DNA of 63,996 nucleotides, filler included, from an uncultured Rhodopirellula sp. (GTDB lineage Bacteria; Planctomycetota; Planctomycetia; Pirellulales; Pirellulaceae), in NCBI GenBank assembly GCA_964007735.1. It is 3 parts of 3 records of this genome, joined end to end, with 100 filler letters (N's around TTAATTAATTAA, not from the genome) between each part and the next. Parts side by side here need not be neighbours in the genome. Positions count along the whole stretch, not along the records: positions 1 to 27,492 come from CAXGAI010000054.1; 2 more parts are not named here. One strand, given 5' to 3'. Of this stretch, positions 9,956-20,694 are shown piece after piece. Every line of letters starts with the position of its first letter. The stretch's first letter is position 1. A program made the translations under genes and the position numbers. The notes beneath the pieces are model-generated. The model was given only the letters and a program-made list of their open reading frames with translations. It did no database searches and had not been told where the DNA came from.

Positions 9956-11302
9956 ATGAGTCGTAAATCCTGGCATTTGGACAGACGTTCCTTCCTTTCG
10001 GGAATGGGTGTAAGTTTGACTCTACCGTACCTGGAAGCAATGGCTGATTCCGTTGCTCCCTCCATTACGGACATTCCAAGGCGCCTGTGTTACATGTACT
10101 TCCCCAATGGGTGCGGGATTCCCAACAAGGACAAGTCCCCTGAGGAACACGCAAAATGGAGTTGGTTCCCGATGGGCGAGGGTAAAGATTACACCTTTAC
10201 CAACACCCTATCCTGCATGGAACCACACCGTGAAGACATTACAGTCATTGGTGGTTTGAGTCACCCGCGTTCACGTCAATTGCTCGGTCATCTGGCTGGT
10301 GACTCCTGGTTGACGGGCGGTGACGTAGGTGCCAGCAACTACGCAAATAACATTTCGGTTGACCAGGTGGCTGCCCAGCAGATAGGGAAAAACACACGCT
10401 ATAAGTCTTTCGTTCTTTCGGCTGATGGTGGAGTGGGCTACCAATCTCGCGTCTCAACGCTATCTTTTGACGATGCCGGTAAACCAGTGCCTTCGGAACA
10501 CCGTCATCGTGAGATTTTTGAGCGATACTTCTCACCCAATGGAGGAGAAGCAACGGCAGAACGTCGAAAAGAAATTGCACGCGGCAAGAAAATCGTGGAT
10601 CTGATCCTGGAAGACAGCAAACGTCTGAACCGCAAACTAGGCAGCCGCGACAAAGCGAAACTCGATGAGTTCCTAGCCTCACTTAGCAGTGTGGAAGATC
10701 AAATCAACCGAAACGAATCATGGCTGGATACACCGATGAAGCCCTTCACTTCAGATCATATTGATTTCGAAGTGGACGCAACGAAGAATCCAACTAACTA
10801 CATTCGCAGCATGATCGACATTATGGTTCTGGGTTTTCAGACGGATGTCACCCGGGTCATGACCTACATGATGGCTCGTGAAGACGGAATCGGATTCGGT
10901 GACCACTTCCCGCGTCTTGCCTGTGATATCAATACGGGACACCACGGACTGAGTCACTCGTCTCAGTGGGAAAACTGGAGCACCTATGATGCCTGGCTTG
11001 CAAGTCATTACAGTTATATGATCGACAAGATGAAAAACATAAGTGATGAGCATGGTCGCCTGCTGGACAACACGTTAATGTTATTCGGCAGTGCCTGCAG
11101 CACAACGCATAACGCGCGCAATTATCCATTGCTTCTGGCGGGCGGTAAAAACTTCGGGGTGAACCACGGTACCTACGCCAGATACGACGATTCAGTTCCA
11201 ATGAATAATCTGTTTGTCAGCATGCTTAATGCCGTTGATGTGAAAACGGAACGGTTCTCTGACAGCGACGGCCATTTGGCTGGCGACATTTTCAGCACCT
11301 AG
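9956..11302 (+). CDS. DUF1552 (HXXSHH) protein
   Basis: Tat-like RRSFL..GV.L.LP.LEAM, YFPNG, SVDQVAA, HGLSH, LLDNT, LAGG. Confidence 0.9.
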   Translation: MSRKSWHLDRRSFLSGMGVSLTLPYLEAMADSVAPSITDIPRRLCYMYFPNGCGIPNKDKSPEEHAKWSWFPMGEGKDYTFTNTLSCMEPHREDITVIGGLSHPRSRQLLGHLAGDSWLTGGDVGASNYANNISVDQVAAQQIGKNTRYKSFVLSADGGVGYQSRVSTLSFDDAGKPVPSEHRHREIFERYFSPNGGEATAERRKEIARGKKIVDLILEDSKRLNRKLGSRDKAKLDEFLASLSSVEDQINRNESWLDTPMKPFTSDHIDFEVDATKNPTNYIRSMIDIMVLGFQTDVTRVMTYMMAREDGIGFGDHFPRLACDINTGHHGLSHSSQWENWSTYDAWLASHYSYMIDKMKNISDEHGRLLDNTLMLFGSACSTTHNARNYPLLLAGGKNFGVNHGTYARYDDSVPMNNLFVSMLNAVDVKTERFSDSDGHLAGDIFST

Positions 11303-11326
11303 AATCGCATCTATTCTTACGATTAC

Positions 11327-11370
11327 AAAAGCCTCTCCTCTCAGACTTAGTGTTGAGGAGAGGCTTTTTT
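11327..11370 (+). terminator. Intrinsic terminator (possibly bidirectional)
   Basis: AAAAGCCTCTCCTC / GAGGAGAGGCTTTT inverted repeat followed by a T run, about 25 bp after the DUF1552 stop. Confidence 0.8.
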
Positions 11371-11392
11371 ATCCCTCTAGATTGGGCGACGA

Positions 11393-11827
11393 ATGAAAAC
11401 GCAAACAGAAGAGCTTTGGGTAGAAGTCCCCGAACGACGAGCAATCATCTCCATCCATAAGGAAGTGGAACGCATTGTAAAAGAGAGTGGGGTGCAGGAT
11501 GGCATGGTACTAGTGAATGCCATGCATATCACGGCAAGTGTCTTTATCAATGATTACGAATCCGGACTTCATGCGGATTACGAACGGTGGCTTGAAGAAT
11601 TGGTGCCTTTTAATGCCGGGACGGATCCTGCTGCGGGTGGTTATCTCCATAATCGCACCGGTGAAGATAATGCGGATGCCCATCACAAGCGGCAAATCAT
11701 GGGTCGCGAGGTTGTCATCGGAATTACCGACGGCCAGTTACATCTAGGCCCCTGGGAACATATCTTCTATTACGAATTTGATGGCCGGCGACGCAAACGC
11801 ATTCTGGTGAAAGTGATTGGACACTAG
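11393..11827 (+). CDS. yjbQ: YjbQ/UPF0047 family (secondary thiamine-phosphate synthase)
   Basis: [28 protein letters not shown]...EFDG.R. Confidence 0.9.
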   Translation: MKTQTEELWVEVPERRAIISIHKEVERIVKESGVQDGMVLVNAMHITASVFINDYESGLHADYERWLEELVPFNAGTDPAAGGYLHNRTGEDNADAHHKRQIMGREVVIGITDGQLHLGPWEHIFYYEFDGRRRKRILVKVIGH

Positions 11828-11903
11828 CTAAGTGCATCTTGAGGCCCCGTCGTTTAAACTATCAGCTAATAGCAGACGACGCCCCTAACAAGGATTTGCA
11901 TAT

Positions 11904-13412
11904 ATGCGTTACCGATTACTTCCGTTAATACCTTTCCTGATGACCGTCTTTTTGACCTCGCTACCTACGTACGCGTTCGACCTGCGAGCAGGCGCCTCAA
12001 AGATCGACATCACCCATCCCAACAAAAAGCTCGTCGAAATTCCTCTGCTATCGCGCGCTCTTGTCCTTAAAAGTGACCAAACAACACTCGTTATCGTTAC
12101 CATGGACGTCGTTTCCATTGGTGAGATCGGGAGTATTCCTGACGACTTCCAGGAAAACGTGAGAAAGAGAATCGTGGATTCTCTCGGCATACCAGCTAGT
12201 AATATCATGTTTAATGCGAGCCACTGCCACGGAATCCCCAGTCCTCATTCTGAAGATCTGACTGTCAAAGTCATCGAACAGGCCCACGGTAAATTGGAAC
12301 CTGTCACCCTCAAGAGTAGTCGGGCACACGAAGACCGCATTCAGGAAAACCGACGGATGAAGCTAAAAGACGGGAGCGAAATTGACGTACGCCACGCTTA
12401 TTCACTTCCGGCAAACAAAGAAATCCTCTCGACAGGCCCCATCGATCCGGAAGTCGGGATCTTGCGAGTCGACAAAATCAACGGAGACTCTTTGGCTGTC
12501 CTCTTCAATTTTGCCTGCCATCCGATTCAGGGAACGCCTGTCAGTTCCGGTGACACCTCTGACATGACGGGCTATGCAGCCCAGGTCATCGAAGACAATC
12601 TCGATCCCGGAACCATCGCGTTGTTTATCCAGGGATGTGGTGGAGACATCAACCCTCTTGCCTATAAGGATGTTGATCACCCACGGCATGCCGAAGTCTA
12701 TGGAAACATGCTGGGACTTAGTACACTCAAAGGGATTCGCAAAGCCAAACCCAATAACGATCAACGCCTGATTGTAATCAACGAAACGCTTTCTCTCCCC
12801 CGTTCCAATCTGGCGCCACGCATCATGGAACTGGAACAATATCGGGAGGCGGTCGTCAATGGATTTGGCGGCACGACGCTCAACCTGCGACAGTTCATCC
12901 ATTTGACGAACAAACACAATCTTTCCCCCGATGCACCGTCCTATCACATCAGTCGTTATCTACACGACGAATTATTAGGGCATAAAGAGTTAAGGATTAT
13001 GGACGCTAACAACAAGGCGGCCATGAATGCCTATCTCAGCAACATCTATCGCATGGAAGAACTAACGAGGGTCAATGCAAATCTACGACTGTTAAAAATG
13101 CATCAGCAGCAAAATGTCGATGCCGGCAAACGAACCGTTGACGTAGAGGTGATGGCTTTGCGGCTCGGCAATTTTGTTATGGTGACCTTCCCTGGCGAAC
13201 TAACCGTTCCAATCGGTCTAGGTATCAAGGAACGCTCGCCGCACCCTAATACTTTCGTGGCTGGGTATACCAACGGGTACATCTACTACTGCCCTACGGC
13301 TGATCAGCTTAAAAATGTAGGAGGCGCTCAGGAAGACAGCGATTGCATCCTCGATCCTCAGTGGCAGGAGATCTTTGAAGCAAAAGTGACTGAGTTATTA
13401 AAACGTCTGTAA
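11904..13412 (+). CDS. Neutral/alkaline ceramidase-like secreted hydrolase
   Basis: AGASKIDIT, ASHCH, NFACHP, QGCGGDINP, FPGEL, GYTNGYIYY. Confidence 0.75.
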   Translation: MRYRLLPLIPFLMTVFLTSLPTYAFDLRAGASKIDITHPNKKLVEIPLLSRALVLKSDQTTLVIVTMDVVSIGEIGSIPDDFQENVRKRIVDSLGIPASNIMFNASHCHGIPSPHSEDLTVKVIEQAHGKLEPVTLKSSRAHEDRIQENRRMKLKDGSEIDVRHAYSLPANKEILSTGPIDPEVGILRVDKINGDSLAVLFNFACHPIQGTPVSSGDTSDMTGYAAQVIEDNLDPGTIALFIQGCGGDINPLAYKDVDHPRHAEVYGNMLGLSTLKGIRKAKPNNDQRLIVINETLSLPRSNLAPRIMELEQYREAVVNGFGGTTLNLRQFIHLTNKHNLSPDAPSYHISRYLHDELLGHKELRIMDANNKAAMNAYLSNIYRMEELTRVNANLRLLKMHQQQNVDAGKRTVDVEVMALRLGNFVMVTFPGELTVPIGLGIKERSPHPNTFVAGYTNGYIYYCPTADQLKNVGGAQEDSDCILDPQWQEIFEAKVTELLKRL

Positions 13413-13426
13413 TCACCCAGCTCACA

Positions 13427-16400
13427 CTAACGGTCGGAAACCGGTGGTAAAGGTACCTGCTTCTGACCCGACAAATAGAGGAACAGGTCCCGGATTTGAT
13501 CATCCTTTAGTTCACGAAGCATCCCTTCCGGCATCATCGACTTGTTGGTAGGTACAATCTCGTCAACTTCTTTCATCTGCAATTGAACGTCCGCATTTTG
13601 AGTGCGTAACCGAACCACCCGGTCATCCTGATAAATCACGAAACCACTGTAAAGCCTACCGGCCGTCGTTATGATGGTTGTCAATTTATAAGCCGCATCA
13701 ACCTCAGCACTCGGATCGAGCAAATTGGTTAACAGATAATCCACCTGCTTGCGACCGGAACCAGTCAAGTCAGGGCCTACACGCCCTCCTTCACCGTACA
13801 ATTGGTGGCATTTAAAACATGTCTGATAAAACAGCAGCCGACCACGAGACGCATCTCCTTTTTCCAGGTGTTCACGAGTCATCAATTCGCGAAGACGACT
13901 AATCTCCCGGACTTTTTGAGCTTCCGTAGAATCAGCCGGCCAAAATTGATCCACGGCAGCATCAATCCCCACATCACCGAATGCCCTTAGCTGTTCTATT
14001 GCAAATGCATTTACCGCTCCTTTTTCAATGGCACCCGCCCGAATGGCCGCAAGCAGTTGTAGTGACCAGTCCCGCCGGGTCACCATCACGGCCACGGCAT
14101 CCACGCGTTGGCTCTGTTCAAGCGTCTGAAACTTTTCCAGAAGTACCGGAGGCGTTTTCTCATCCGCTAAAGAAACAAGTTGTCGAAGTGCTTCACTTGT
14201 TAGGTCATCATTGGAAGAAACAAGCTCGTGTAAAAGACCGGCAGTCAATCCGCCGGCGATAGAAGCCAATGCCTGCATCGAAGACTGACGTTCTTCAAGA
14301 TCCGCGTCTGCATTAGTAACAACATCTCGCAAATTTGCTAACGCGCTCTGATCTCCAAAAATACCCGCGAGACGAACGAGACACGACTCCAGTTCGCTAT
14401 TCTCCGTTTCTGAAATTTTCGAATAGAACGAATCCCATATTTCGGGTTCGGGTTGCTGCCCCTTTCCCGCCAATGCATCCACCAGACCCTGGACCATCGG
14501 CAAACGGTTACCACGGTAGGAAGAAATAGTCATAAGCACATCATCCAGGACTGGTTGTTCCCCTTCACTCGCCCGTCGCAGAACAAACTCCTGCAAAACC
14601 GGGTTGGACGAAGAAAGTGCCAGCCCCAGAAACCTTTGCCGGTCTTCATGAATCAATGGTTCGATCGCGTACCAAATCATCAATGTCAGCATTTCATCGC
14701 CGCGCGATGCAGCTTGATTTACCATTGCCTCTGCAAGCATCCAGCGATTCCCGGGCTTCACCGCCTGCATAGCACTAGCAATGGCCAGTAGCACAGCAGG
14801 GGAAGAATCACGGGAAGCCATTTCGACAATTCGCGTCTGAACACCACCTTGTGCTCCCTGAGCAATCGTCGAGACAAAGTTTTCAGGCTCTCCCTGATCA
14901 AATAATAGTTTCACAGCCCAGCGTCTAACGTGTTCAGCACGGGAGTGAGTGTACTTTATCAAGTCATCAGTACTAAGTTCCCCCATACCATACAACGTCC
15001 AGATATATCTCAACGTCTGTACTTGTGACATGCGGACCGAACGCAAGCGATCGCGGATCAGATCAGCAGCCTGTCCATTCCCAGGCTTCGCCGAAGTTCT
15101 TTCATGCAAGATCCTTCTCGCATGCCGTACAAACCACTCGTTCTTATGGCTCAGCAATCTGACCAACTCATCATCATCCAAACCCTGCAAATCAAATGGC
15201 TTAGATTCCGGTCGCCCCCATGTCAATTTATAAATACGGCCACTCGTACGATGCGAACCATCGTTATCATGGCACTCACCAAAATCATGCCAATCGGAAA
15301 TATAAACACCACCATCCGGACCATATTTAAGACTTAAACCACGAAACCATGGATCATTGGCCATAAATAGATCTTCATCATGCCGGGCGACATAGGTCGA
15401 TTTATTTGTTTGTAGAATTTCCTGATTGATTCGAGTGCCGTGAAGATTGAGCGTAAACAGTTTACCGTGATATTTTTCGGGCCAGTTATCGCCAAGGTAT
15501 ACCATGGCACCACAATGGGCATGCCCGCCACCGGCAACGCTGTGGGTTTGAGTCGTTTGACGGGAGCTTTGCCAGGTACCGCCACCCCAGTGTAGATGAT
15601 CAGCGTGGGATTGAATCCGCCTATAAACGTAAGGGTTATCCCCCTCATTGGCCCGTCGCTGACAATACATCCCCGGTACGATATGCCATAGATGGGCGAT
15701 CACAGTATTAACGGTAAAGAGGTCCCCAAACTGATTGAAGTCGGCTCCCCATGGATTGACCATTCCATCTGCGATTCGCTCAAACTTGTGAGTAACCGGA
15801 TGCATCCGCCACATACCGCGTGAAATCTTTACTCGGTCTTCCACTGGCGTTCCCGGCTTTCCGACGAGCGATGTCGGGTTAAGTCCGATAGCTCCGTAAA
15901 GCCAGCCGTCCGGCCCCCAGTGAAAGTTATTCACCACGTTATTGCTGGAAACCTCAAATCCATCCAGGATCACGACCGGCTTTCCGTCTGGAATATCGTC
16001 ATAGTCACGATCCGGTATAAACATAAGCTCTGGTGTATTGCCCAACCAAATCCCCCCGTAACCAAAAGCAATGGCGCTGACATATCGCCCTTCATCCCAA
16101 AAGATTTTTCGTTTATCAAACCGACCATCTCGATTTGTGTCCTCGAGAATAACAACACGATCTGTCCTGTTATCAGGGTCGTAATTTGGGTGGGAGTAAT
16201 TTTCCACAACCCACAGACGCCCACGATCATCAAAGTCAAAAGCTATAGGCCGCCGAATATCAGGCTCTGCCGCAAAAAGTGTCACTTCGAATCCGTCTGG
16301 CACAGTGATGCGCTGCAGCGATTCCTCCGGCGTAAGAGACACATCCTCCGGATTTTGGGAGTTAGAAACACCTTCCGGCAAATCATCCTCTCCCAACAGG

Positions 16401-16456
16401 GGAAGGGACATCCACAGGACACAGAACAGACCGGCAATCAAATTGAAATTTCTCAT
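13427..16456 (-). CDS. PVC-type membrane-bound dehydrogenase with HEAT repeats and heme-binding CxxCH domain
   Basis: FAAEP..RRPI..FDDRGRLWV, WGPDGWLY, NPWG, GPDG..YISDW, SGRIY, CFKCH...VGPDLT, SMMPEG. Confidence 0.9.
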   Translation of the reverse strand: MRNFNLIAGLFCVLWMSLPLLGEDDLPEGVSNSQNPEDVSLTPEESLQRITVPDGFEVTLFAAEPDIRRPIAFDFDDRGRLWVVENYSHPNYDPDNRTDRVVILEDTNRDGRFDKRKIFWDEGRYVSAIAFGYGGIWLGNTPELMFIPDRDYDDIPDGKPVVILDGFEVSSNNVVNNFHWGPDGWLYGAIGLNPTSLVGKPGTPVEDRVKISRGMWRMHPVTHKFERIADGMVNPWGADFNQFGDLFTVNTVIAHLWHIVPGMYCQRRANEGDNPYVYRRIQSHADHLHWGGGTWQSSRQTTQTHSVAGGGHAHCGAMVYLGDNWPEKYHGKLFTLNLHGTRINQEILQTNKSTYVARHDEDLFMANDPWFRGLSLKYGPDGGVYISDWHDFGECHDNDGSHRTSGRIYKLTWGRPESKPFDLQGLDDDELVRLLSHKNEWFVRHARRILHERTSAKPGNGQAADLIRDRLRSVRMSQVQTLRYIWTLYGMGELSTDDLIKYTHSRAEHVRRWAVKLLFDQGEPENFVSTIAQGAQGGVQTRIVEMASRDSSPAVLLAIASAMQAVKPGNRWMLAEAMVNQAASRGDEMLTLMIWYAIEPLIHEDRQRFLGLALSSSNPVLQEFVLRRASEGEQPVLDDVLMTISSYRGNRLPMVQGLVDALAGKGQQPEPEIWDSFYSKISETENSELESCLVRLAGIFGDQSALANLRDVVTNADADLEERQSSMQALASIAGGLTAGLLHELVSSNDDLTSEALRQLVSLADEKTPPVLLEKFQTLEQSQRVDAVAVMVTRRDWSLQLLAAIRAGAIEKGAVNAFAIEQLRAFGDVGIDAAVDQFWPADSTEAQKVREISRLRELMTREHLEKGDASRGRLLFYQTCFKCHQLYGEGGRVGPDLTGSGRKQVDYLLTNLLDPSAEVDAAYKLTTIITTAGRLYSGFVIYQDDRVVRLRTQNADVQLQMKEVDEIVPTNKSMMPEGMLRELKDDQIRDLFLYLSGQKQVPLPPVSDR

Positions 16457-16558
16457 AGCTGAATTCTACCACGTCCATGCAGGTAATTGAGGGGAGCAGG
16501 ATCGCCGGCTAACATAAAGTAAAGCCATTCCTGTCGATTTCCTACCAGCATCTGAACC

Positions 16559-17710
16559 ATGTTTTCCACAACCACGCGTTTAACCGCCATTCTCTTTTTA
16601 CTTACCACCTCAACTTGTATTGCCAAAGGCAAACACGTCGTTCAACCGCTCTCTGCTGAACTGGCCAAAGAATATGACCTTAATACCACGTTCTACAAGA
16701 AAGCAACCTATGTGCAAGACATCCTAATTGCCACATCGGAAAAGGTCTCAGACTACGCGCATCTGGAAGCTGCCTATCTCTACGACAAGATCATGTCCTC
16801 TATTCACAAGGATGTCGCACAGCGAATCCGCGACCGCAAAGTCTTATGTATCCTTGTTGGGCACGATGAGCTCACATCTCAGATCCCTCAATTTAAAAGC
16901 GACAAGACGGGTAAAGAGCTAGATTTTTATAACTGGCGTAGCCGAGGTTTTTTAACCAAAGTTGGAGACCGAAGCGTCGTCCTCTTCGCTGAAGAAGATG
17001 TCCTGGAATACGAAGGCGGAATGCGATTAGAAAGTATTCTCATTCATGAATTCGGACACGTCGTTCAGTTTGCCGGCATGAGCGAGACGCAGGTTAAGAA
17101 GTTGGAGAATTGTCACAATCGGGCTAAAGCCTCGGGATTATGGAACGATGGCCGCGCGGCACAGCGTTATCGCCGTATCAAAAGTGAAACACCGGTAAGT
17201 CTCTACGATGCCTTAGTCAAATCCTTCCCGAACCAACCCGCTGATTTAATCCGGAAATGTCTTAATGGTGGAGACATCCTGGTCAACGGCCAGGCTACAA
17301 ATTCAGAGGTTCAGGTAACGGGGGAAGACAAGGTACTGATTATGTTCGGTGGCCCTAAGATCTGTTATGCACAGCGCAATAAGGCGGAGTACTGGGCCGA
17401 GGTTTTACAATGTTGGTACAACACAAATCGCACAATGGATCATGACCACAACCACATTCACACGCGTGAACAACTACGAGCCTATGACCCGGCAGCAGCA
17501 GAATTATGCGAAGAAGTCCTTGGCAATGGGAAATGGAGGTTCGTTTCACCTCGCGAGCGAGCCGGCAGACAACACTTGAAAGGATACGATCCGGAAGTTG
17601 CCCCAAAAGTGTCTTTATTACCGCACATCGAAACAGCAGCATATGACTACTACGACAACTACTGGGAAGACTTCTGGCAACGCCTTAAAGACAAGCATTC
17701 GGGTAAATAA
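16559..17710 (+). CDS. Secreted zincin-like protein (HExxH) with S4-like insertion
   Basis: Signal peptide; LIHEFGH...YA..N..EYWAE...YDP. Confidence 0.65.
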   Translation: MFSTTTRLTAILFLLTTSTCIAKGKHVVQPLSAELAKEYDLNTTFYKKATYVQDILIATSEKVSDYAHLEAAYLYDKIMSSIHKDVAQRIRDRKVLCILVGHDELTSQIPQFKSDKTGKELDFYNWRSRGFLTKVGDRSVVLFAEEDVLEYEGGMRLESILIHEFGHVVQFAGMSETQVKKLENCHNRAKASGLWNDGRAAQRYRRIKSETPVSLYDALVKSFPNQPADLIRKCLNGGDILVNGQATNSEVQVTGEDKVLIMFGGPKICYAQRNKAEYWAEVLQCWYNTNRTMDHDHNHIHTREQLRAYDPAAAELCEEVLGNGKWRFVSPRERAGRQHLKGYDPEVAPKVSLLPHIETAAYDYYDNYWEDFWQRLKDKHSGK

Positions 17711-17794
17711 ACACTTGTCCTCAGAATTGGTGGCGTATAATTCAGCATGCCGGTACCTCAGGGGCTGTGGTAACCGTGTTCGTTGAAAGGAAAC

Positions 17795-18496
17795 ATGATG
17801 AACACCATGTTTCGAATCACCTCATTGATCGCCATCCTTACAACTTTTCTGTGTTCAGGTTGCGACAACACCACAACTTCGGAAACACTACCAACCGCAA
17901 CGCTGGTTCGTCTTCACGACATTCCTAGTGGGATTTTGCTTTCATCAGATTTCCATCAGGACTCAGCAGACGATCTACAGCATTCTCTGGAATTCATACG
18001 CTCCACTCTTCCGGCCGAAACAGCTGGAAACACCGAGCCTGTTTATCATATAGGTGCTATGTATGGTGAAGGGCAGGAATATATCGCCATGATGTCCGTA
18101 GAGGAAGAGTCTCCCAGCATGAATCATACCTACGCCGACCCGACGACCAGTGAGCAATACAAAGCGATGATGGACCAGGAAGTTCAGGAGAATCCCCATG
18201 ACTTCGATGGGATATACAGTTGGGCAGGTCCTGAAGTGGAAGGTTACGAAGAAGTCCTCAAGACGTTGCCTAAGGAAGATCCAACTCACAAAACGCCCGC
18301 GCAACGTGAAGAAGAACGACTCCTTGCTGAAATAGATGTGACTGAACAATACCTCTCATATCATCGTCGCAATACTTCCAGACAGCCTGCCGAGAGACTC
18401 AATCCGCATACAAAAAAACAAAACAAAGCTGAAAAAAGACTCCCTAATATTCAGGAATATATCCGGGACAAAAGGTTGCAGCAAAACAAGCTCTAA
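17795..18496 (+). CDS. Hypothetical lipoprotein
   Basis: Lipobox LCSG-C and RBS AAAGGA. Shares motifs with the ORFs at 19918 and 20695. Confidence 0.65.
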   Translation: MMNTMFRITSLIAILTTFLCSGCDNTTTSETLPTATLVRLHDIPSGILLSSDFHQDSADDLQHSLEFIRSTLPAETAGNTEPVYHIGAMYGEGQEYIAMMSVEEESPSMNHTYADPTTSEQYKAMMDQEVQENPHDFDGIYSWAGPEVEGYEEVLKTLPKEDPTHKTPAQREEERLLAEIDVTEQYLSYHRRNTSRQPAERLNPHTKKQNKAEKRLPNIQEYIRDKRLQQNKL

Positions 18497-18635
18497 GCTT
18501 TTCATCTTAAATACCTTACCAAATACGATAAATCTGGATCCGGAAGCTGCATTGACGTTGGCAAACTAGTACGCAGTTTATTATCGTGTTGATAATAAAC
18601 AAACGTAACTTGTTCATATTTCATTGCTGTACGAC

Positions 18636-19862
18636 ATGGCTTCCCTCACGATTCTTAATGGCACTGGAAAAGGTCAAACCTGCGAACTGCCGCTTGATGA
18701 ACCTATCATTGTCGGCAGAGATCCCAACTGCGGTTTAAGAATCCCCGACCCCTATGTATCAAGGCATCACTGCCATTTTCTATGGAATGGTATCGCTGTC
18801 ATCATTGCCGATTTGCAAAGTACCGGCGGAGTCGTCATTAACGGGCAGGAAACGCCTCACGCAACTATCGATAGAACCACCGTGGTGCAAATTGGGAATA
18901 CACAAATCGAATTAACCATCGATCCACCCCCCAGAGAGGGTCTTGCGGTCACGACGCTTGCTCCACCTGCAACGCCCCAAAGCACCGGCCGGTTCGACTT
19001 CAAGGATCTGATTGGCCGGCAAATCCAGAATTTTGAGGTGGGCCCTGTTCTGGCAGCTGGAAATAACGGCGTCGTCTTTAAGGCTCGGGATACCAAGCAA
19101 CTTGAAATTGCCGCCCTCAAGATTTTCCCTCCCGAAATGTCGGGGAACGAAGAAGACAAACAGCGTTTTGTTCGGGCAATGAAGACAATGATCCCCGTCA
19201 AACATCCCAATATCGTTGGGATCATCAACGCTGGAATCGCCGAAGGATTATGTTGGATTGCCATGGAATACGTGGATGGGGAAGATCTAGCTCAGGTCAT
19301 CGGAAAGTTGGGGGTTAACAACATGCTGGACTGGAAAACCTGTTGGAAGACAGCCGTTGATGTGGGACGTGGGCTACATGCTGCGCACCAGCAGAACATT
19401 GTTCACCGCAATCTAACTCCTCAAAACTTATTGCGGCGGGAACATGACAAAAGTGTCCTTATTGGTGATCTGGCACTCGCCAAGGCATTGGAAGGTAATC
19501 TAGCGTTTAATGTTACGTCACCGGGGACCGTCCTTGGCGATTTACCATACCTGGCCCCGGAACGTACAAAGTCAGATGCCGAAGTCGATATCCGCGGAGA
19601 TCTGTACAGTCTGGGAGCAACGCTCTACCACATGCTTACGGGAAAACCGCCTATTCAGGGAGATACCACTGCGGAACTTATTAAGGCAATTCGTAATGTT
19701 GTGCCACAAATGCCAAACGAATTACAAATGAGTGTGAATGTTTATTTTCAGGATCTAGTCATGAAGCTCCTCAACAAAAATCCCCTTAGCCGCCACCAAA
19801 CTCCCTTAGAATTACTCGAAGAGTTGAAACGCATTGGGAACTACGCCAACTTGAATTATTAA
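18636..19862 (+). CDS. FHA domain Ser/Thr protein kinase-like protein (degenerate catalytic loop)
   Basis: FHA GR....SRHH...STGG.ING; kinase AALK, HRNLTPQN, DLA, APE, DLYSLG. Confidence 0.9.
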   Translation: MASLTILNGTGKGQTCELPLDEPIIVGRDPNCGLRIPDPYVSRHHCHFLWNGIAVIIADLQSTGGVVINGQETPHATIDRTTVVQIGNTQIELTIDPPPREGLAVTTLAPPATPQSTGRFDFKDLIGRQIQNFEVGPVLAAGNNGVVFKARDTKQLEIAALKIFPPEMSGNEEDKQRFVRAMKTMIPVKHPNIVGIINAGIAEGLCWIAMEYVDGEDLAQVIGKLGVNNMLDWKTCWKTAVDVGRGLHAAHQQNIVHRNLTPQNLLRREHDKSVLIGDLALAKALEGNLAFNVTSPGTVLGDLPYLAPERTKSDAEVDIRGDLYSLGATLYHMLTGKPPIQGDTTAELIKAIRNVVPQMPNELQMSVNVYFQDLVMKLLNKNPLSRHQTPLELLEELKRIGNYANLNY

Positions 19863-19917
19863 ACCAACAATTGCCGTCGGGGCATATTTGTTACAGACCG
19901 TATAAAGATTCCTCATC

Positions 19918-20607
19918 ATGAAATGGTACTTAAGCTTAGGCATCGCTTTGCTCATGGGTTGCGACACCCAGAACAGAGTCTCTTCCACCACCGATGCCGC
20001 AGACAACTGGTCTTCCCATCTGGAAACATCATCTCGTAGGCAGGTACCTAACACTCAACCCGTTGAGGAAAATATAAACCCCGAAACCCTCACTCAGACT
20101 GAATCAGATCTAGACGATCGGACCTCTGAATTGGAAAGACTGGCGTTGGGCGAGTTTTTATTAACAGCCGATCCCGTTATTAATCTGGAATACCGTGCTT
20201 TTCTAAGATCTGAAATGGCCCAAGAATTAATTTCAGATGATGCTCCTACACCGTCAGGTGCTACGGAAGAACGATACTTGAAGTGGCTCGGGCAGAGCAC
20301 ACAAGAACCCTCGTCGACAATTACCAGCAACGACGAAAAACTGTTCCAGTCACTGACCGATGCTTATATTGACCATTTATTTGAACTCTATCTCAAACTC
20401 GAACTGCTCAAAAAAGATGGGTCTAACCTCTCGGATTTGAAGCTTGCCGAAAGTGGCTACAGTTACAAAGATCTGGATCGGGTCATCAAACTAACCCCAC
20501 GTCTGACCAAAATTTTTGAATCACGCCGTCAGAAGAGACTCCGAAACAATAAAGAGCAGGATTTCAACGATTTAAAGACAATTCTAGAGGCGGATTTAGA
20601 CAAATAA
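19918..20607 (+). CDS. Hypothetical lipoprotein
   Basis: Lipobox LLMG-C; motifs PVINLEYRAFL and LTDAYIDHL. Confidence 0.65.
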   Translation: MKWYLSLGIALLMGCDTQNRVSSTTDAADNWSSHLETSSRRQVPNTQPVEENINPETLTQTESDLDDRTSELERLALGEFLLTADPVINLEYRAFLRSEMAQELISDDAPTPSGATEERYLKWLGQSTQEPSSTITSNDEKLFQSLTDAYIDHLFELYLKLELLKKDGSNLSDLKLAESGYSYKDLDRVIKLTPRLTKIFESRRQKRLRNNKEQDFNDLKTILEADLDK

Positions 20608-20694
20608 TTTCTCAATGAGTGTCGGGAAGCCGGGACGAAACTGCATATACAGGATGTAAGTCTTCTCCTCCGGTTATTTTTACACGATTGATTG

